From the IMG/VR virus record IMGVR_UViG_3300042475_004151: a DNA stretch of 64,000 nt; one strand, given 5' to 3'. The notes under the pieces are model-generated. The model was not told where the DNA came from and made no database searches. It saw only the letters and a program-made list of their open reading frames with translations. The translations under genes and the position numbers were made by a program. The stretch comes from a virus. Below are positions 17,987-27,251 of this stretch, piece after piece. Each line of letters begins with the position of its first letter. Positions within the stretch are counted from its first letter, which is position 1.

Positions 17987-18222
17987 ATGTTACTGTTTAT
18001 GTATTTAATTTCATTAACATAATTCTCCGCATCATTAATATGATTACATTGTGCATCATCATAACCTGCATTATAATCCCTGATGTGTTGGTTATATTCT
18101 TTTTCAATTGCTCTAGTAAATATACCTTCCCTTTCTAGTCTTTCAAATATAGACCGTACCAATGTATTCTCTAATTCTTCAATTAACTGTTGTACTGTTG
18201 ATTTATTTTCCATATGTGTCAT
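17983..18222 (-). CDS. Hypothetical protein
   Basis: Coupled ORF. Confidence 0.55.
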   Translation of the reverse strand: MTHMENKSTVQQLIEELENTLVRSIFERLEREGIFTRAIEKEYNQHIRDYNAGYDDAQCNHINDAENYVNEIKYINSNI

Positions 18223-18560
18223 TATAATTTTACTTTCACGTATCTTCCACTATCACTTACCATTTGTAATGTATCTTTACCTTGCATCCATTGTACCTTA
18301 ATCCATCCTATTGTTGTATCATTCTGAACTATGATACTATGAGGTTGATCATTATTATCACTTGTAAATCCATACATCCATCCATACCCACGTAGAGTAT
18401 CAACTTTACTTCTACCTATCGCATCTTTATAGATTATTGATACTCTTGGTGAATTAGTTTCTACTCGGTAATAATACCAATACATTTGTTTATACTTTCT
18501 ACAGGAACATAATATTAGTGTAATAAATAAACATAGTATAAATACTGTTATTAGTTTCAT
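18222..18560 (-). CDS. Putative lipoprotein
   Basis: Signal peptide ending LCSC. Confidence 0.55.
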   Translation of the reverse strand: MKLITVFILCLFITLILCSCRKYKQMYWYYYRVETNSPRVSIIYKDAIGRSKVDTLRGYGWMYGFTSDNNDQPHSIIVQNDTTIGWIKVQWMQGKDTLQMVSDSGRYVKVKL

Positions 18561-18592
18561 AACTTAAAGATAGTAAATTTATTTTCCATAAC

Positions 18593-18787
18593 TTATCGTT
18601 TAAATTTAATTAATCCTAAAATGTGTATTGGAACAACGAATGGTGCACATATCATTGATGGAACTACATATGCCAATATATCCATTAATGTAAAATAGTT
18701 CTTATCATCTCCTATTGAAGGAGTTGTAATGCACCAATATACTCCGTACACTGTCGTTAATATCCAATAAATAATTAAATATGTCAT
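18593..18787 (-). CDS. Small membrane protein
   Basis: Two hydrophobic segments. Confidence 0.55.
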   Translation of the reverse strand: MTYLIIYWILTTVYGVYWCITTPSIGDDKNYFTLMDILAYVVPSMICAPFVVPIHILGLIKFKR

Positions 18788-18800
18788 AATTTATTTTTCG

Positions 18801-18876
18801 CAGTCAGGGCCGGACTCGAACCGGATAAGCAACCATTACTGGACTCGGAACCGTTCCTCATTACGCCCACCTGACT
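18801..18876 (-). tRNA. Degenerate tRNA-like element, anticodon not assignable
   Basis: Acceptor AGTCAGG/CCTGACT and T-arm CCGG-TTCGAGT-CCGG intact; D and anticodon stems poorly paired. Confidence 0.55.
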
Positions 18877-18989
18877 ATTTTATTTCTATAATCATTCCTA
18901 TTATTCTAAATCCAATCACAATTGATGCAAACATCATTACAACATAAAATCCAATGTCTTCTATCTCATTTAGCCTATCTCTTTTCATG

Positions 18990-19229
18990 TTATGATCTTT
19001 TACTTCCTATTAATTGATATGTTTCATATAGTATTCCTAATGCTTGTTCTAGCTTAAATTTAATATCTTCATCCACAGTAGCCAAAGGATGACTTAGTAA
19101 ATGAGTATCAATCATACAACATGCGACATGTGTTCTATCTAATAGTTCAAAATAATGTCCCTGATTAATTTCTATTTTTAATCGTGGTGTTGGTTTTAGT
19201 TTTGCCTTTTTTGTTGTTTTCTCTTTCAT
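18990..19229 (-). CDS. Hypothetical protein
   Basis: ORF track. Confidence 0.5.
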   Translation of the reverse strand: MKEKTTKKAKLKPTPRLKIEINQGHYFELLDRTHVACCMIDTHLLSHPLATVDEDIKFKLEQALGILYETYQLIGSKRS

Positions 19230-19479
19230 TTATTTTTTTCATTTGTCGATCGTTTCTGCGATCGTTTTTAGCTTCTCGCTGCATTTTATTCCAATTGCTT
19301 GTCTTGTCTAAGCCGTTTTTCCATTTAATATCAACTTCAATTGGACCACGTTCAAATTTATTTAAATCATATTTCCATGTCTCAGTTGTTTGTTCATCCT
19401 CATATATACGTATGAACTTGCGAGGCATGTCTTCGAGCTGCATTTCTTTAGGCCTGCCCTTACTGGTGTATGAAATCAT
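19165..19479 (-). CDS. Hypothetical basic protein
   Basis: KGRPK AT-hook-like N-terminus. Confidence 0.55.
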   Translation of the reverse strand: MISYTSKGRPKEMQLEDMPRKFIRIYEDEQTTETWKYDLNKFERGPIEVDIKWKNGLDKTSNWNKMQREAKNDRRNDRQMKKINERENNKKGKTKTNTTIKNRN

Positions 19480-19691
19480 AATACAATTCCTTTTACAACT
19501 GTGTTAGTAATATGTTTAGTCTCATCATAATTATCATTTACGCCATACCACCAATCATTATTTACATCTAATGCTATATCTTTAACTTCACTTATAACAA
19601 CATCATCATATCCACCTTCATATCCATCTACAAATACATGCAGTTCAGGGTCGAGTTGTTGTAGTTGTTCTATTAATTCTTTAACTATCAT
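19476..19691 (-). CDS. Hypothetical protein
   Basis: MIVKELIEQLQQLDPE...GYEGG, common phage small-protein pattern. Confidence 0.6.
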   Translation of the reverse strand: MIVKELIEQLQQLDPELHVFVDGYEGGYDDVVISEVKDIALDVNNDWWYGVNDNYDETKHITNTVVKGIVL

Positions 19692-19696
19692 ATTAT

Positions 19697-20242
19697 TTAT
19701 TTTTTAAGTTTAAATTTGGAATTAGCTAATAAATCATCCCAATCTTTAAATCCTTGCTCAGTAGCATAAACATCATTTTTCTTTCTCCAAAATGCTTTTT
19801 TAGTTTCATCATCATGCATTTTATCAGGATCAATTCCTAATTCTTCAGCAGTTGCTCTATTACACTCATCAACACTACCTATACTGATATGAATAGGTAA
19901 ATCTGTTTCTAATGTTTCTATAAAATCTTCAAATTGGTTAGCAGCTATAAATGGCATACAATATAAACCTTCATCAATTTGATAACCACTTTTATTTTGT
20001 TTATCAAATACTTCAACTCGACCCATTCTATATCTTTCACCTAATAAACTAAATATTCCATAACCTACAGTTGAGTAATAATAACGACTTGGATGTGATA
20101 CTTCATCCATACTAATACATGATGGATTTGTTTCCATCCATGATGCTAATTTATCAATCAAATCAGAGTCTGATAGTCCTTTACTGTTGTGTATTTTGAT
20201 ATGTTTTAAATACCCCTCCAGCTTACTTCTGTTTATCTTCAT
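19697..20242 (-). CDS. Hypothetical protein
   Basis: 181-aa ORF. Confidence 0.65.
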   Translation of the reverse strand: MKINRSKLEGYLKHIKIHNSKGLSDSDLIDKLASWMETNPSCISMDEVSHPSRYYYSTVGYGIFSLLGERYRMGRVEVFDKQNKSGYQIDEGLYCMPFIAANQFEDFIETLETDLPIHISIGSVDECNRATAEELGIDPDKMHDDETKKAFWRKKNDVYATEQGFKDWDDLLANSKFKLKK

Positions 20243-20510
20243 AATTTATAATTTTAAGACCATAACTTAAACCAATCCATATCATTTGTTTTTTAGCCAT
20301 ATATTTAGGCCGACGTCTTTCTCTCATTATAATTTTAATAGCAGCATCTACCCACTGATTATTTTGATCTTGAGTCATTGTATATTGTTGAAACCAATTA
20401 TCAACTTTAAGAATATCTTCATATTGAACATCAGTATAACCAGCAATAATAAACATCTCATCAATGATCATTTTCATTAATTGTTCATCACTTACTTTCT
20501 TCAACCTCAT
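20223..20510 (-). CDS. Hypothetical protein
   Basis: Coupled ORF. Confidence 0.6.
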   Translation of the reverse strand: MRLKKVSDEQLMKMIIDEMFIIAGYTDVQYEDILKVDNWFQQYTMTQDQNNQWVDAAIKIIMRERRRPKYMAKKQMIWIGLSYGLKIINYEDKQK

Positions 20511-20712
20511 ATTCTCTAATTATTGTTTTAGATGGTTTAATATAGTTGTTAACAGCTGCTTCAAATAACTGGTTAGCTGTAACTTCATCTGTTGCTATAT
20601 CTATAAATGTAGATGAATTATTTTCATCAATTAATTTAATATAAAACCAAGTATTAATTTTACCTTGTTTCCATTCAACTTCTTTTTCAATTGTAAATTT
20701 TCTTTTTTGCAT
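20488..20712 (-). CDS. Hypothetical protein
   Basis: Own promoter at 20728-20754. Confidence 0.6.
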   Translation of the reverse strand: MQKRKFTIEKEVEWKQGKINTWFYIKLIDENNSSTFIDIATDEVTANQLFEAAVNNYIKPSKTIIREYEVEESK

Positions 20713-20754
20713 AACTTTTATTTTATTTTAAATTAATAATTTTATTTAGGTCAA

Positions 20755-21606
20755 TTAAGCGGCTTTTAATTTTGATTCATAACGTTTTGTTTCTTTTTCA
20801 TTACTTTTATCAGCTTGATCATATTCCCAAGTATAAACTTTATCAACAAAGTCTTTAAATTTTTTCTCTAACACATCATACTCTCTCTGTCTTCCATCTT
20901 CAAAATATACCACTATTTTATATTTATTACCTTTTTTATTTAATACTTTAAAACCATGAGTATAAGTAGTATCATATTTTGATCGACCATATTGTAATTC
21001 TATACTTTTACTTCTTTCAACTAATTCATTCTCATAAGTACAATGTAGTGATTTTTTAAATGAAGTACTTTCATAACCAATTTCTAACATTGATTTGAGT
21101 TTATCATCACGTATCTCAAGCGATAAAGTATTTAAAGCACTATTTAATGTTTTATAATCTTCTTCAAATTTAACTTTATTATTATTTATTTCATTATATT
21201 GAACTTTCCATGTATTCTCAAATAAATCACTAATGGTTGAGTATTTATCAACTAATTCATTTAAAAGTTTGATGTGATTAATATAAAGTGCTACACTAGA
21301 TCCTACATTAGCACTACTGTACATGATATTTAATTCTGTTTTTTTATTATAACCCTCATACCTATTAGCTAATCTAACTCTAAAATTATATCTGTCTGAG
21401 TCACTAGATATTATTTCAATTTCACTCCCATTATAATCAAATTCATCATATGTAGCTTTAATATTATCAACAAACCATCTATTGACTTTAGTTTTTAACT
21501 CAACCATAGCTGGAGTGTATGTATTTTTATTATACTGATCACATTCTTGTTGTCTAATATCAAGTTGGGCTTTAAGTGTGTCGTACAAAAACTGTTTAGT
21601 GTTCAT
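20755..21606 (-). CDS. Hypothetical protein
   Basis: 283-aa ORF. Confidence 0.7.
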   Translation of the reverse strand: MNTKQFLYDTLKAQLDIRQQECDQYNKNTYTPAMVELKTKVNRWFVDNIKATYDEFDYNGSEIEIISSDSDRYNFRVRLANRYEGYNKKTELNIMYSSANVGSSVALYINHIKLLNELVDKYSTISDLFENTWKVQYNEINNNKVKFEEDYKTLNSALNTLSLEIRDDKLKSMLEIGYESTSFKKSLHCTYENELVERSKSIELQYGRSKYDTTYTHGFKVLNKKGNKYKIVVYFEDGRQREYDVLEKKFKDFVDKVYTWEYDQADKSNEKETKRYESKLKAA

Positions 21607-21610
21607 AACC

Positions 21611-21838
21611 TTAATTTAAGTGTATAAAATTTAATTTTTCATCTGGTGTTACTGGAAGGTAAATTAATTCAGGTCTGTTTGGATAGGCGAATATTTGCAC
21701 CTTATCAACTCCAGCATTTATTTCTTCAATGATTAGTTCTACTTGTTCTTCATCTACCCAACCATCACCATCTATATCAACTACATTACCGACGTAATAT
21801 AAACCATCATATTGGGGAAAATCATTTTTAGTCAACAT
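21611..21838 (-). CDS. Hypothetical acidic protein
   Basis: Own promoter at 21861-21887. Confidence 0.6.
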   Translation of the reverse strand: MLTKNDFPQYDGLYYVGNVVDIDGDGWVDEEQVELIIEEINAGVDKVQIFAYPNRPELIYLPVTPDEKLNFIHLN

Positions 21839-21873
21839 AACCTTAATTTTTATTTATAATTAAATATAGTGAA

Positions 21874-22074
21874 TTAATCCAGGTCAATTAAAAAATCCCA
21901 TTGGGCATTAATTGCTTCTTTACCTATTATCTCTATTTCATATTCAGCTTCCATTTCCATTACTGTGCCTAATTCTCTAATTTCAACTAATTTATTCCAA
22001 TTATCAACAGTCTTATTTTCCATATAAACCTTGGTTAGTTCAAATTCTAAATCCATTAATTTTTCTAATGTCAT
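21874..22074 (-). CDS. Hypothetical acidic protein
   Basis: Own promoter at 22097-22123. Confidence 0.6.
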   Translation of the reverse strand: MTLEKLMDLEFELTKVYMENKTVDNWNKLVEIRELGTVMEMEAEYEIEIIGKEAINAQWDFLIDLD

Positions 22075-22123
22075 ATACTTAATTTTTATTTATAATTAAA
22101 TATAGCATATGAGTTGCGGTCAA

Positions 22124-22477
22124 TCAAACACAACCATGTTTAGTTAGTATAGTACGGAGTTTTGTAATATCATCAGCCGTATGTTGTTTTTTTGTAATAC
22201 GATCACATATATTAGCAGATTGTCTAATATCATGTTGTAAATCGTCTATTCGAGGGCGGAAATCACCATTTTTAGACATCCAAAAATGTAATTGATTATT
22301 AAGGCAAATTTTAGCTGTGCCTATTAATTTACGATGTTCATTGTATTGTATCTCATCATAGTCAACATCATCTCCTAATATACCATTTAGATTGATATTA
22401 TACTTACGTAAATCTTGTCCCTTTTTATCTCGATTGAGAAGTTTGTCTGCGAATTTTTCAAATGGATTTTTTGACAT
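22124..22477 (-). CDS. Hypothetical protein
   Basis: 117-aa ORF. Confidence 0.6.
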   Translation of the reverse strand: MSKNPFEKFADKLLNRDKKGQDLRKYNINLNGILGDDVDYDEIQYNEHRKLIGTAKICLNNQLHFWMSKNGDFRPRIDDLQHDIRQSANICDRITKKQHTADDITKLRTILTKHGCV

Positions 22478-22529
22478 TGGTCACACATAGGGTTTATTTA
22501 ATTAGAAATAAATTGTCTGCTATAAATAT

Positions 22530-22563
22530 AAAAAAAGAGCCCCAGACTAAGAATAGTCGGGGC
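22530..22563 (-). terminator. Intrinsic terminator
   Basis: GCCCCGACTA-TTCT-TAGTCTGGGGC followed by TCTTTTTTT. Confidence 0.75.
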
Positions 22564-22594
22564 GAAATAAAAATTAAAAGTATGAATACAAAGT

Positions 22595-23302
22595 TTAAAT
22601 TATTTTATTTGAATATCTTTTTATTTGTGCTTCTTTCATTTTTTGTTTTGTTTCTTCTGAGTGTTTGCAACCTTTTAACTTTAAGTTAGGTTTACCTTTT
22701 AATGACTCACTACGTTTATGTTTTGTCTCTTCAGATTGTTTATTGCCGTAATGACCATGTTGTTCACCTTGTTTTGTTATATTATATTTTTTACCTTTTT
22801 TCGCCTCACTTATATTTTTTCTAGTTTCATCATTTCTTTTTGAACCAATTATATTTTTGAAACGATTCTGTATATGCTCTAATGTTTGTTTTTTACCTTT
22901 ATTTTTATTTTTATTTCCTTTAATTAATCTTTCTTTAGCTATTCCTATTCTAGGTTTTCCTTTCGTGGCTTTACTTATATTTATTGCTCTAGTTGGATGA
23001 TTTTGAGATTTTAACTTCATTTCTTCTGTCCAATATTCAGGACCACTACCGCCTTTTTTACGTTTATTTATTACTTCAAACCCCCACTGTTTAAATTGTT
23101 CAATCCAATATGTTTCTAATGGTTCCCAATTGTATTTAATTAATGACTCTATTTGATCTATAACAGTAAATTTGATTTGTTTACCATATGTTTTTTCATG
23201 AGCTTCTTTTCTCCAATTTAAATTTTTAGTCTTACCTATATAAACTTTATTAGTTCCTTTTTCTATATTTTCAATTAAATATATATAAGTGATGTTTGTC
23301 AT
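22595..23302 (-). CDS. GIY-YIG homing endonuclease with NUMOD3 repeats
   Basis: TYIYL...KVYIGKT...R..H...LETYWI...N..KGG; repeated (Q/H)SEETK motifs. Confidence 0.8.
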   Translation of the reverse strand: MTNITYIYLIENIEKGTNKVYIGKTKNLNWRKEAHEKTYGKQIKFTVIDQIESLIKYNWEPLETYWIEQFKQWGFEVINKRKKGGSGPEYWTEEMKLKSQNHPTRAINISKATKGKPRIGIAKERLIKGNKNKNKGKKQTLEHIQNRFKNIIGSKRNDETRKNISEAKKGKKYNITKQGEQHGHYGNKQSEETKHKRSESLKGKPNLKLKGCKHSEETKQKMKEAQIKRYSNKII

Positions 23303-23338
23303 ATTAATAAATATCTCTGCATACCCATAAAGTGGTCT

Positions 23339-23722
23339 TTATTCAATCATAAAAGGATTGTTGGAAAAAATTTCATAGTAGCACATCCATTTATATTTTC
23401 TCTCCATTCTATTAGCCTCTCGTTCTAATGGATGGTTTTTATAACTATATGTCTCTTGTAATTTATTATATTTTCGTTTTATACTCTGATGGTAATGAGT
23501 ATATTCATGAATAACTGTGCCTATAAATCCTACAAATGTTCTATGTTTACCTTTATAGACATGTATTTCATTATTATAAACATCATAACATCCTGCCCAC
23601 TCACCTTTCTTATGAAATACTAATTTGGGATAAGAACCATTTATAGTACTAGCACCAAATGTTTTTTTACACCAATCAAAAATTTTAACTGTGTTTTTCC
23701 TGTTTATGTCTACTGTATTCAT
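23339..23722 (-). CDS. Zincin-like metalloprotease
   Basis: TVIHEYTHYHQ and PLEREA. Confidence 0.7.
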   Translation of the reverse strand: MNTVDINRKNTVKIFDWCKKTFGASTINGSYPKLVFHKKGEWAGCYDVYNNEIHVYKGKHRTFVGFIGTVIHEYTHYHQSIKRKYNKLQETYSYKNHPLEREANRMERKYKWMCYYEIFSNNPFMIE

Positions 23723-24008
23723 GGTTTAGTTCTTTTAATATTTTTTGAATTTCAATACACTCTTCAAACATATCGTTTTCTGAGAATGCACTTAGACAAG
23801 TATTAAGAGACACAACCCACTGATCACGATTAAGTATAAACTCAACCATTTCATTTTTTATATGAAGTGTAAATGCTGTTACCTGTTTACGCTTACGTTT
23901 ATCATTAAACGCTTTTTTAATTTGATTGAATACTTCAACTGATATACTTATATCTTTACTTTCTATCTTGTTCTTAAACTCCTCAATCGACTCAAATTTA
24001 AACACCAT
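23685..24008 (-). CDS. Hypothetical protein with UVR-like C-terminus (apparent paralog of 28370-28690)
   Basis: W..SL..C.......FEECIEIQKIL. Confidence 0.55.
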   Translation of the reverse strand: MVFKFESIEEFKNKIESKDISISVEVFNQIKKAFNDKRKRKQVTAFTLHIKNEMVEFILNRDQWVVSLNTCLSAFSENDMFEECIEIQKILKELNHEYSRHKQEKHS

Positions 24009-24049
24009 AGTCAGTATTTGATATAAATATACCAGATGAAGCGGAGTGT

Positions 24050-24838
24050 TTAATTAACAAACTCCTCAGCCAGCTCCCATAATGCCTCATTGATCTTCAA
24101 ATCCTGGCTGAAATTCTTGACTGCTCTAGCTTTGCGTGTTTTAACTCCATTCATATAACTACAGCCGCCGCTGATTAATTTTTCTTGAACTCGATTAAAC
24201 ACAACCCATAAATTATTACCTTCATCTGCTTTACGCTCAGCTACTAACAATTCACTTAAATCAACTTTAACACCCTCACCAAATCTAACCGCAGATGCTT
24301 TTTCAGCAAACTTAGTTACTTGTTTATCACTTAATTCGATGTTTTGAAATTTGTTAATTTTTTCAACTAGTCCTGGAAATGATCCAACTGCCTCATTAAT
24401 TTTTTCAGTTAATTCAGCAAATGTATATCCCATGTGGCGTAGTTTAAAATCACCATAACTAGTATCCATAACTACTAATCCATTTGAACATACTAATCTA
24501 AACAATCCAATTTGAAACTTAAATGAACTTAATCCATCATGACTATTTGTTAATAGTATTTGTGGAAATACATCATCTCCATTAACACCTTCAATCACAA
24601 TGTCTGGATTAAAAAACTTAATCATGTGTCGTTGATAACCTTTAGTAGATTTTTTACGAGCTTTAATCTCAACCGCTTGGCACGGCTTCCAACCTAATGA
24701 CATCATGTCATTTATTACTCTGTCGGTCGGAATGTGAACGTAATGTTCACTCAGGTTAGCTTTTTGCTTTGTCTGAAAAATACTTGGAGCTGCTTGTTTG
24801 ACCTGCTCCATGGTCAATTCTGTGAATACGTTACTCAT
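24050..24838 (-). CDS. DUF932/DUF945 family protein
   Basis: APSIF...SEHYVHIPT...PQILLTNSHDGLSSF...GLFRLVCSNGL...LWVVFNRVQE. Confidence 0.85.
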   Translation of the reverse strand: MSNVFTELTMEQVKQAAPSIFQTKQKANLSEHYVHIPTDRVINDMMSLGWKPCQAVEIKARKKSTKGYQRHMIKFFNPDIVIEGVNGDDVFPQILLTNSHDGLSSFKFQIGLFRLVCSNGLVVMDTSYGDFKLRHMGYTFAELTEKINEAVGSFPGLVEKINKFQNIELSDKQVTKFAEKASAVRFGEGVKVDLSELLVAERKADEGNNLWVVFNRVQEKLISGGCSYMNGVKTRKARAVKNFSQDLKINEALWELAEEFVN

Positions 24839-24862
24839 AATTTTTAATTTTTATTTATATAA

Positions 24863-24890
24863 TAAATTTAACGTACAAACTGCGGTCAAA
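24863..24890 (-). promoter_or_regulatory. Promoter TTGACC-N13-TAAATTTA
   Basis: Consensus copy abutting thioredoxin stop. Confidence 0.7.
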
Positions 24891-25151
24891 CTAACTGAAT
24901 TGTTGGATAGTACTAATCAATTGACCACGACTCATAATACCTGATTGGCGATATACAATATTTTCACCTATTTCAAATATAATTGTTGGGACACTTGAAA
25001 TCATATATTTAGATACTAATTCACTACTTGTATCAACATCTATTTTATTAAAATTAACCCCAGTCTCATTCATTACTCCATCAAATACTGGACTAAATGA
25101 TTTACATGGTCCACACCAAGCAGGAGCTGTAAAGTATAAAATTTTTAACAT
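24891..25151 (-). CDS. Thioredoxin
   Basis: WCGPC, IDVD, SVPT. Confidence 0.9.
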   Translation of the reverse strand: MLKILYFTAPAWCGPCKSFSPVFDGVMNETGVNFNKIDVDTSSELVSKYMISSVPTIIFEIGENIVYRQSGIMSRGQLISTIQQFS

Positions 25152-25157
25152 ATTATT

Positions 25158-25766
25158 TTAATTTTTAAATTTCCAAATATAATTATAAGCTGTTTTTTGT
25201 TTTCCCCTACATACAGCTCCTATTCCATCATTATTAGGCTTATTAAAAAACAATTGAGCTTCTTTTTGTGAGTTCCATTCCTGAATAAAATTTCCTTGTA
25301 AATCAAATTGCAAAACAGGTGATATATACCAAGTATTTTTTCTTCCTATTAAATGTCCTCGTTTTTCTTTTATTTTAATTTTATGTTCATTAGTAAATGT
25401 TTTACCTTTAAAATAACTTACTCTTCCTTTATTAGATTCACTTATTTTTAACCCTCGCTCTTTATTATTCTTTAATTTAATCTTCATCTCCTCAGTCCAA
25501 AATTCTAACCCACCTCCTCCTTTTTTATTATTATTCACAATTTTAAATCCCCATTGTCTGAATTGTTCTAACCAATATGTTTCTAATGGTTCCCAATTTT
25601 TTCTATATAATGATTTTACTTGATCTATAATAGTGAAATTGATTTGTTTACCGTATGTTATTTTATGTTGATTTTTTCTAATAAAAGGAGATTTAGTTTT
25701 ACCTATATAAACTTTATTAGGATCTCCATAACAATTCTCAACTAAATATATATATGTGATATTCAT
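25158..25766 (-). CDS. GIY-YIG homing endonuclease with NUMOD3/NUMOD1 domains
   Basis: N-terminus very similar to 22595-23302; C-terminal PVLQFDLQGNFIQEWNS..EA...CRGKQKTAYNYIW. Confidence 0.8.
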   Translation of the reverse strand: MNITYIYLVENCYGDPNKVYIGKTKSPFIRKNQHKITYGKQINFTIIDQVKSLYRKNWEPLETYWLEQFRQWGFKIVNNNKKGGGGLEFWTEEMKIKLKNNKERGLKISESNKGRVSYFKGKTFTNEHKIKIKEKRGHLIGRKNTWYISPVLQFDLQGNFIQEWNSQKEAQLFFNKPNNDGIGAVCRGKQKTAYNYIWKFKN

Positions 25767-25812
25767 CTATTATAAATATTCCCACACACCCATAAAGTAG
25801 TCTTCATATTAT

Positions 25813-26130
25813 TTATTTAAAAAATTTTAAAAAATTATACCATCTACGTTTTGTTTTAAATGGTACTTCAAATGGTTTTGTATTATTATCACATCTAACA
25901 ACACCTCCATATCTAACCATCATCATTTGTATTAATATCTGATGCCATTCATTAGGTATTTTTTCAAAATCAGCTTTAATCTCAATAGGTAATTCAATTA
26001 TTGGGTATGATGCATCACCAGTGAATAACATTAAATGATCTTTCATTTGAACAGTATAGGATGACTTAACTGTAAGATGTTGTCCATTTCCTATATGATA
26101 CTGACCCTGCTTACTATTTACTTTAGCCAT
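25813..26130 (-). CDS. Hypothetical protein
   Basis: ORF track. Confidence 0.55.
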   Translation of the reverse strand: MAKVNSKQGQYHIGNGQHLTVKSSYTVQMKDHLMLFTGDASYPIIELPIEIKADFEKIPNEWHQILIQMMMVRYGGVVRCDNNTKPFEVPFKTKRRWYNFLKFFK

Positions 26131-26144
26131 ATATTAAATATAAT

Positions 26145-26576
26145 TTATTTAATTTTAATATCCAAATTTTTCTCTCTCAACGCTATAACATGTTTACAAT
26201 TACCTTTACTTCTCCAAAATCCCATACATGTACATTTATAAGTATTTTTATTTGGATTGTAAGTTGTTTTATACTTACCCATTGAACCATCAATATGTTC
26301 AATTATTTTTTTCTGTTTTGGTTTAATCCAAACAACATCTTCAAATTTAGTTTCTGGATGTACTTCTATCCACATTGGGACTAGATATGTTTTATTGTCT
26401 CTATCTGATTTATAAATTGTTGGAGGTAAATGATGTTCAATATGATATTTAAATCGACTAGCGTAACTAGATATGATTTCATCTCGTTTAGGATAAATTA
26501 CAATTGGTTCTGTTGAACTAACTATTTCATTTATAACTGTCCCATTTGTGAACATTTTCTTAAGTGTCCATAACAT
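26145..26576 (-). CDS. SWIM zinc-finger protein
   Basis: YKCTCMGF......CKH; own promoter at 26599-26625. Confidence 0.75.
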   Translation of the reverse strand: MLWTLKKMFTNGTVINEIVSSTEPIVIYPKRDEIISSYASRFKYHIEHHLPPTIYKSDRDNKTYLVPMWIEVHPETKFEDVVWIKPKQKKIIEHIDGSMGKYKTTYNPNKNTYKCTCMGFWRSKGNCKHVIALREKNLDIKIK

Positions 26577-26621
26577 AACCTTAATTTTTATTTATAACTA
26601 AATATAATAACCTAATCTAGG

Positions 26622-27251
26622 TCAAATTTTAGAAATAAATTCACTACCTAATTCACCATCCTGTTCAATCACTCCTAATTGTTGTAAATGTTCTTTATAG
26701 TAATCATCTAATTCCCAATCAACTTTAGATTCAAATGTTGATGGATTATAATCTTCCAAGTGTTGGATTTGTTTATCAGTGAATATATTTCCAACATAAA
26801 GGAAATAATGATTGTAACATAATAATTCTAAATTTTCTAATGTCCAATTCTTTTTATTTCCATCTTTAAAATTAAGTACTAAAGGTACTTTATAATCAAC
26901 GACTCTACGTTCAGCGAATTGACATTTAGCACAACATTCTTGTAAGTAACTCTCTTGTATTAATCTATTCTTTAATTTCTCAGGTGTATATGAGTCAATA
27001 GGTACTCTACCTTCAATAATATCTTTTAATGCTGGTTCTTTACCTCTATTAGATAAAAATTTAGCTATACCTTTACCTGATTGATTTTTATGTTTATCAA
27101 ACAAGGTGATATTATTTTCATCAGTATAATTTTTAGCGTATTTTTTATAATGAATATAACTAACGTGCAGGTACCTAGCACCTGCACGATTTGATTTAGT
27201 CATAGCCATTGCTCTTTCAATATCTGATTTTGCTAATGGTTTTGGTAGCAT
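26622..27251 (-). CDS. HTH plus HNH-like nuclease
   Basis: CAKC...LNFKDGNKKNWTLENLELLCYNH. Confidence 0.7.
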   Translation of the reverse strand: MLPKPLAKSDIERAMAMTKSNRAGARYLHVSYIHYKKYAKNYTDENNITLFDKHKNQSGKGIAKFLSNRGKEPALKDIIEGRVPIDSYTPEKLKNRLIQESYLQECCAKCQFAERRVVDYKVPLVLNFKDGNKKNWTLENLELLCYNHYFLYVGNIFTDKQIQHLEDYNPSTFESKVDWELDDYYKEHLQQLGVIEQDGELGSEFISKI

